A stretch of 64,000 bases of DNA from Balanoglossus misakiensis (lineage: Eukaryota > Animalia > Hemichordata). The notes under the pieces were generated by a model. The model was given only the letters and a program-made list of their open reading frames with translations, made no database searches and was not told the origin of the DNA. The position numbers were made by a program, and so were the translations under genes. The stretch spans positions 8,472,390-8,536,389 of the forward strand of contig CM082580.2 of the NCBI GenBank assembly GCA_040954595.2, in the 5' to 3' direction. The first letter of the stretch is position 1. Every line of letters begins with the position of its first letter. This document shows positions 59,951-64,000 of this stretch, piece by piece.

Positions 59951-62900
59951 CTTAAATTCATAGTCGGGACCTGAATTCAATTTTCGCCCGTGACATTGCT
60001 GACATGTACGCGCGTGGCCTTTGATAATAAGTGGACAGTTCGTCATCATTGAGAGTGTGGAACAAGAACTTGCATGCAGTTGATACACTAAACATTAAAG
60101 GGGTAGTGTTCAATCCCTGCATATGGTTTACGCATTAGTTCTTGTTGACACGTGGGCCCTAATGTTTAAGTGGTGAAAAGCCGCTGTACATGTACGCCTT
60201 TAACACGATTAATCTCACTACATGTAATCAGAGAGTAACTGTCTGTGAGTAGGCGTTCTTGTACGTTTGCATGCGTGTCTGGCGTATGGGCGAAAGATCA
60301 AACATCATTTAGCTAGTTGACGCTTCGCTTTCAACATTTGACAAGGACGCGCTCTGAAAATTAACCCCGCCGTACAGTTCATATTGTGAATGTATACTCA
60401 ATGTGCGATAACATCGGGAGACCAAAATATAAACTTTTCTCACTTAATAATTTTCTTTGACAAATAAGGCATATCATACGTTTCAGTTCATGTTTTGCGC
60501 GCAATATGCAGTGAAAATTCTTACGGTCGTTTAGACCCTTAAGCGTGATGTAAGTCGAAATACCATAGTCGAAACGAACCAGTACAATATTAACTGGCGA
60601 ACACATGCCCCGACATGGTTTAGTATTGGGGCAATGTTTTCAGTGGCGAAGAATTCTGTCTGAAATGTGTAATCACTGTGTTTTGATAGATATTCAGACA
60701 CAGCCTGCGGTATTCACACATGTCGGTTCGGGTAAACAGGCACTAGACAAAAGAGCGTATGGCGTGCACGTCTCCGAGTAAATTGACTTTTCCTTGGGCC
60801 ATCCAGCGCGCGCATGCAAAGCGAGAGAGACTCATTGCCGACAGATTGGAGGGAAAACACCCACGTACATTCCTTTCATCGTTGGCTACCCCCACGTTCT
60901 GATTGTATGCACAAATGTAGCCGAGCTCTTCCATTTCGTACCGGTGGCTGGAGAGACGGACCCAGCTGACTTACTACTTGGCTTACCAGCAACCCGTTGC
61001 TACGGTAACTAACCAAGTCTCGCGAGATTTCGCAATGAGCGGAAAATCGTCTATTGCAATAAACAAACAAACAATCGATTAATTCAATAGCCATAAAACC
61101 TTACAATTTAAAATTGACACTGTGAGTCATGTCATTCATCAGCGAATCCAGGATACGGTAATTTTTCAATTTCATATTCGAGAACACTCGTCAAGGCGAG
61201 ATCATCCAACAGTAAAGTTGGATTGTCTCGTAACTTTCTAACGTGGCCCACCGCAACAGTCTCGTTCCTCTTTCCCCGTCAACTTTCCGTCGTGCGGTGC
61301 TCCCGTGTCAAACTTGAAGAACTTTTGCTCATGCGTCGTGCAGCGGCTGTCCCCCTAACTTCCCATCGACGGATTGCAAGTGGGGCTCAAAACTCTGAGG
61401 CTGGATAGGCGAGTTTCAACCGAACAGTTAATAGCGTGCATGTTTGTAGTTTTCTAATGAGTATGCTATAGAGTTACCATCGTAAAGTGTGTTAAATGGT
61501 TAGATACAACATCTGATACATGCCCCCCCCCCCCGGAATTAATAATGGTTAGCCCTTAAATAAGTGCGTGTGAAGTTAAATTGTACGTGTGTTGTTCGAT
61601 GCCCTATTAAGGGTCGATTAGGGTAACTAATTACCCGAGACGACAATTTACAAGGGCAATTACAAGCGTAATGTCAACCTTGGACTGTGGAACGGCGTTA
61701 CCAGTCCCCGGAGTGTACTGCATCGCCTCTCGTTTAGAGGAAATCCGAAGTAACGCCTCTTGCATGCGATGATCGCACCTGTACGTGTACTCCCGCCGAC
61801 GCTGACGACTTGCAATTGAATGCCGAGCGTCATGTTCAGTGTCTGGTTGACACTCAATCATTCACGATCAAACGAAAGAGCGAGCGGCTTGCTCTGAGAG
61901 GCTGAGTGTCGGCTGTGCACGCTATCACGACACGTCGGGAGAAACGCCGCGTGACGTCGTGATGTTTTAACCTGCTGCGGTGACTCTAGCTCTCTCGCGC
62001 GTGGATGGCACGCGGTTCCGTAACGCGATGCTGTTACTTTCATCGCCCATCCCCGTCATAACGATATGTCTTCATCACGGAGGATAAATCTACTTTCGGC
62101 CGCACACATGCTAATGGCCAAAGAAACGCCTCGGAGGGCCGTGGCGGCGATAGCCCCTTGTTAGCAAGCTGTCAACTTGCGCTCATCACGTCGATTTTAA
62201 TTTAATTGCAGAAATTCAAAGGTTCAGATATCTGTCATAGTATTAGTAGGTCTGAGGCCAAATGATTGATTGTACTGTTGCATGACTCATTGTGGCCAGG
62301 CCGCTGTTCTCAACGTGGCATTGCAATTCCAGATTTCGTTGAAACGCGCGGAATGTGCCTTTTGTTTCAGGTGAACAATTTGACGCTTCGGATAAGCCCA
62401 GCTTGTTCTCAGCTGGGCAAAACGAGCAGACGCTGGGGTTTTCTATTCGTCAGGTGAAATATATGCATAACAAATAGGCTGAAGCATGCCCAATCACTGA
62501 CGACTGGTGCCACCACTAGATGACGCTAATTAAAGGTGGCAAATTTTTAATAACGCGGCTCCCGATGAAGTCGTCTGAGAATTGAGCTGTGACGCAATCT
62601 CTCAGCGGTGCGTACACCTGGCTCTATGGCCGGGGGGGGGGGGGTACTGCTACATACCACAGACTGAATTCAATAAATGGGGCAGCTAGCTATGACGCGT
62701 CGGTCGATTTCAAAACTTGTCCGGGGCCGGGTGTATCCACTTAAAAGCCACTCGGGAGATTTCGAGAACTTGGCAAAGCGATTTAAACATTGCAGCAAAT
62801 GGAATGATGGGCAGGATAAAGCCAAACGATGTTATCAAAGAATGGTTTAAATTTATGAGACCGAGCTATAAACAGCACATCCGTAGCCCGTGATGAACAG

Positions 62901-64000
62901 GGGCACGCGGCAGATTTCCACACCTTCCGAGCGATGATTCACAGTGGTGTGTGACCCAACGTGACAAGCCAACGCGATAGGTTCCACGACCTCACCGGAG
63001 GTGCGAGGTGTGGCACGGGCACAGCGTCATCGAGTTAAACAGCGTGTGTTGGCTTGTTATATCGGGGTGTCATTCCCCCACTCTTTTTATGCATTCACAA
63101 GCGATCGCAGCAGGCCACATCGCCTACGGCAACAAATTGATTTAAGTGCATTCCCAAATTGAGTTTGGAATAAATAATGCATAGAGTCGGAATGGTTAAC
63201 CGGATTGAGGCATCATCCAAAACGGCCAGCCATTGAAAAAATCGCGTCGGGGAGATTTTATTAATGACAATAATTGCGCGCAATTTCACGATAATATCTG
63301 CATCAATAGATCTGATATTTATCGGGGTTATAAAAATGAAAAACGCTAATGGTCACCATTCGTCAAAAAGGGGGCATTTATCACGACTACAATCGTTAGG
63401 TTGCTGCGAAGAATTACTTTGGACGGATTTGAGGGAATTTATGGCGAGGCGCCTGTTTTCGCAAAGCAAGTGAAACATTGATGACCGGCGCAGCTGTAGA
63501 GACTCACAAGAAAAAAACTTGATTTGACACTAGAGGCCTCGGCATGAGAAAAAGCTACCACCTAAGGCATTAGGATCAGACGTTGGATTTACGAATGTGC
63601 ATGATAAGGGGCACGGCGAAATTTACGACAGGGCTTTGGGAGGAAATATTTCATTGTATTTTAACTCCATTAATGTTGACACGTGCAGTGTGCCTATGTA
63701 GCTCTGCGTTATCTTTGTGTCTGCTGTCCATATAACACAATATCTCTAGAAAGAAGGCCGGCCATATTGAAAATAAATTTGGGCTGCACATTTCGTACGC
63801 CTGTTGCGCCTGTCGGCAGAACCAAGTTGATAATCATACATGTAGTTCATGAATAAGAAACCAAGAAATCTCTATAACCATGACCAGAGCCGAAAATACT
63901 GTGAGTGATGGTATCTAAGATCATCTCGCAACGAATGTAATTTGGAATATCTCCATATCGTACTGGCATGCATCAGACCACAAATCCACGACCATCGAAA

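Noticed and set aside
57917-63473. ORFs in the right flank (e.g. 57917-58399, 58779-59216)
   Set aside because: No recognisable homology or consistent exon structure.

Overview
Eukaryotic (animal) genomic DNA; gene structure and repeat style suggest an invertebrate deuterostome such as a hemichordate or echinoderm (inference). The window has three blocks. (1) 1-24.5 kb holds one three-exon, + strand class A GPCR gene that I reconstruct as a 457-aa kisspeptin-receptor (KISS1R/GPR54)-like protein: CDS 846-1325, 4257-4392 and 22048-22805, GT-AG introns of 2.9 and 17.7 kb, and a likely poly(A) signal at 24440. (2) About 24.55-54.22 kb is a ~29.6-kb array of ~336 copies of an 88-bp AT-rich satellite that switches strand at ~39627 with no unique spacer. 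This makes a giant palindrome with near-equal arms (~15.0 and ~14.6 kb). The arms are not mirror images at the variant level, carry their own higher-order repeats, and both outer ends show a distinct diverged monomer type. The monomer is itself a degenerate inverted dimer. (3) 54.2-64 kb is apparently non-coding unique DNA with a T40 run, repeat relics and a few possible micro-exons. The best candidate for an undescribed system is the foldback-like satellite palindrome sitting ~110 bp behind the receptor's poly(A) signal. No database searches were run; all counts are by eye.
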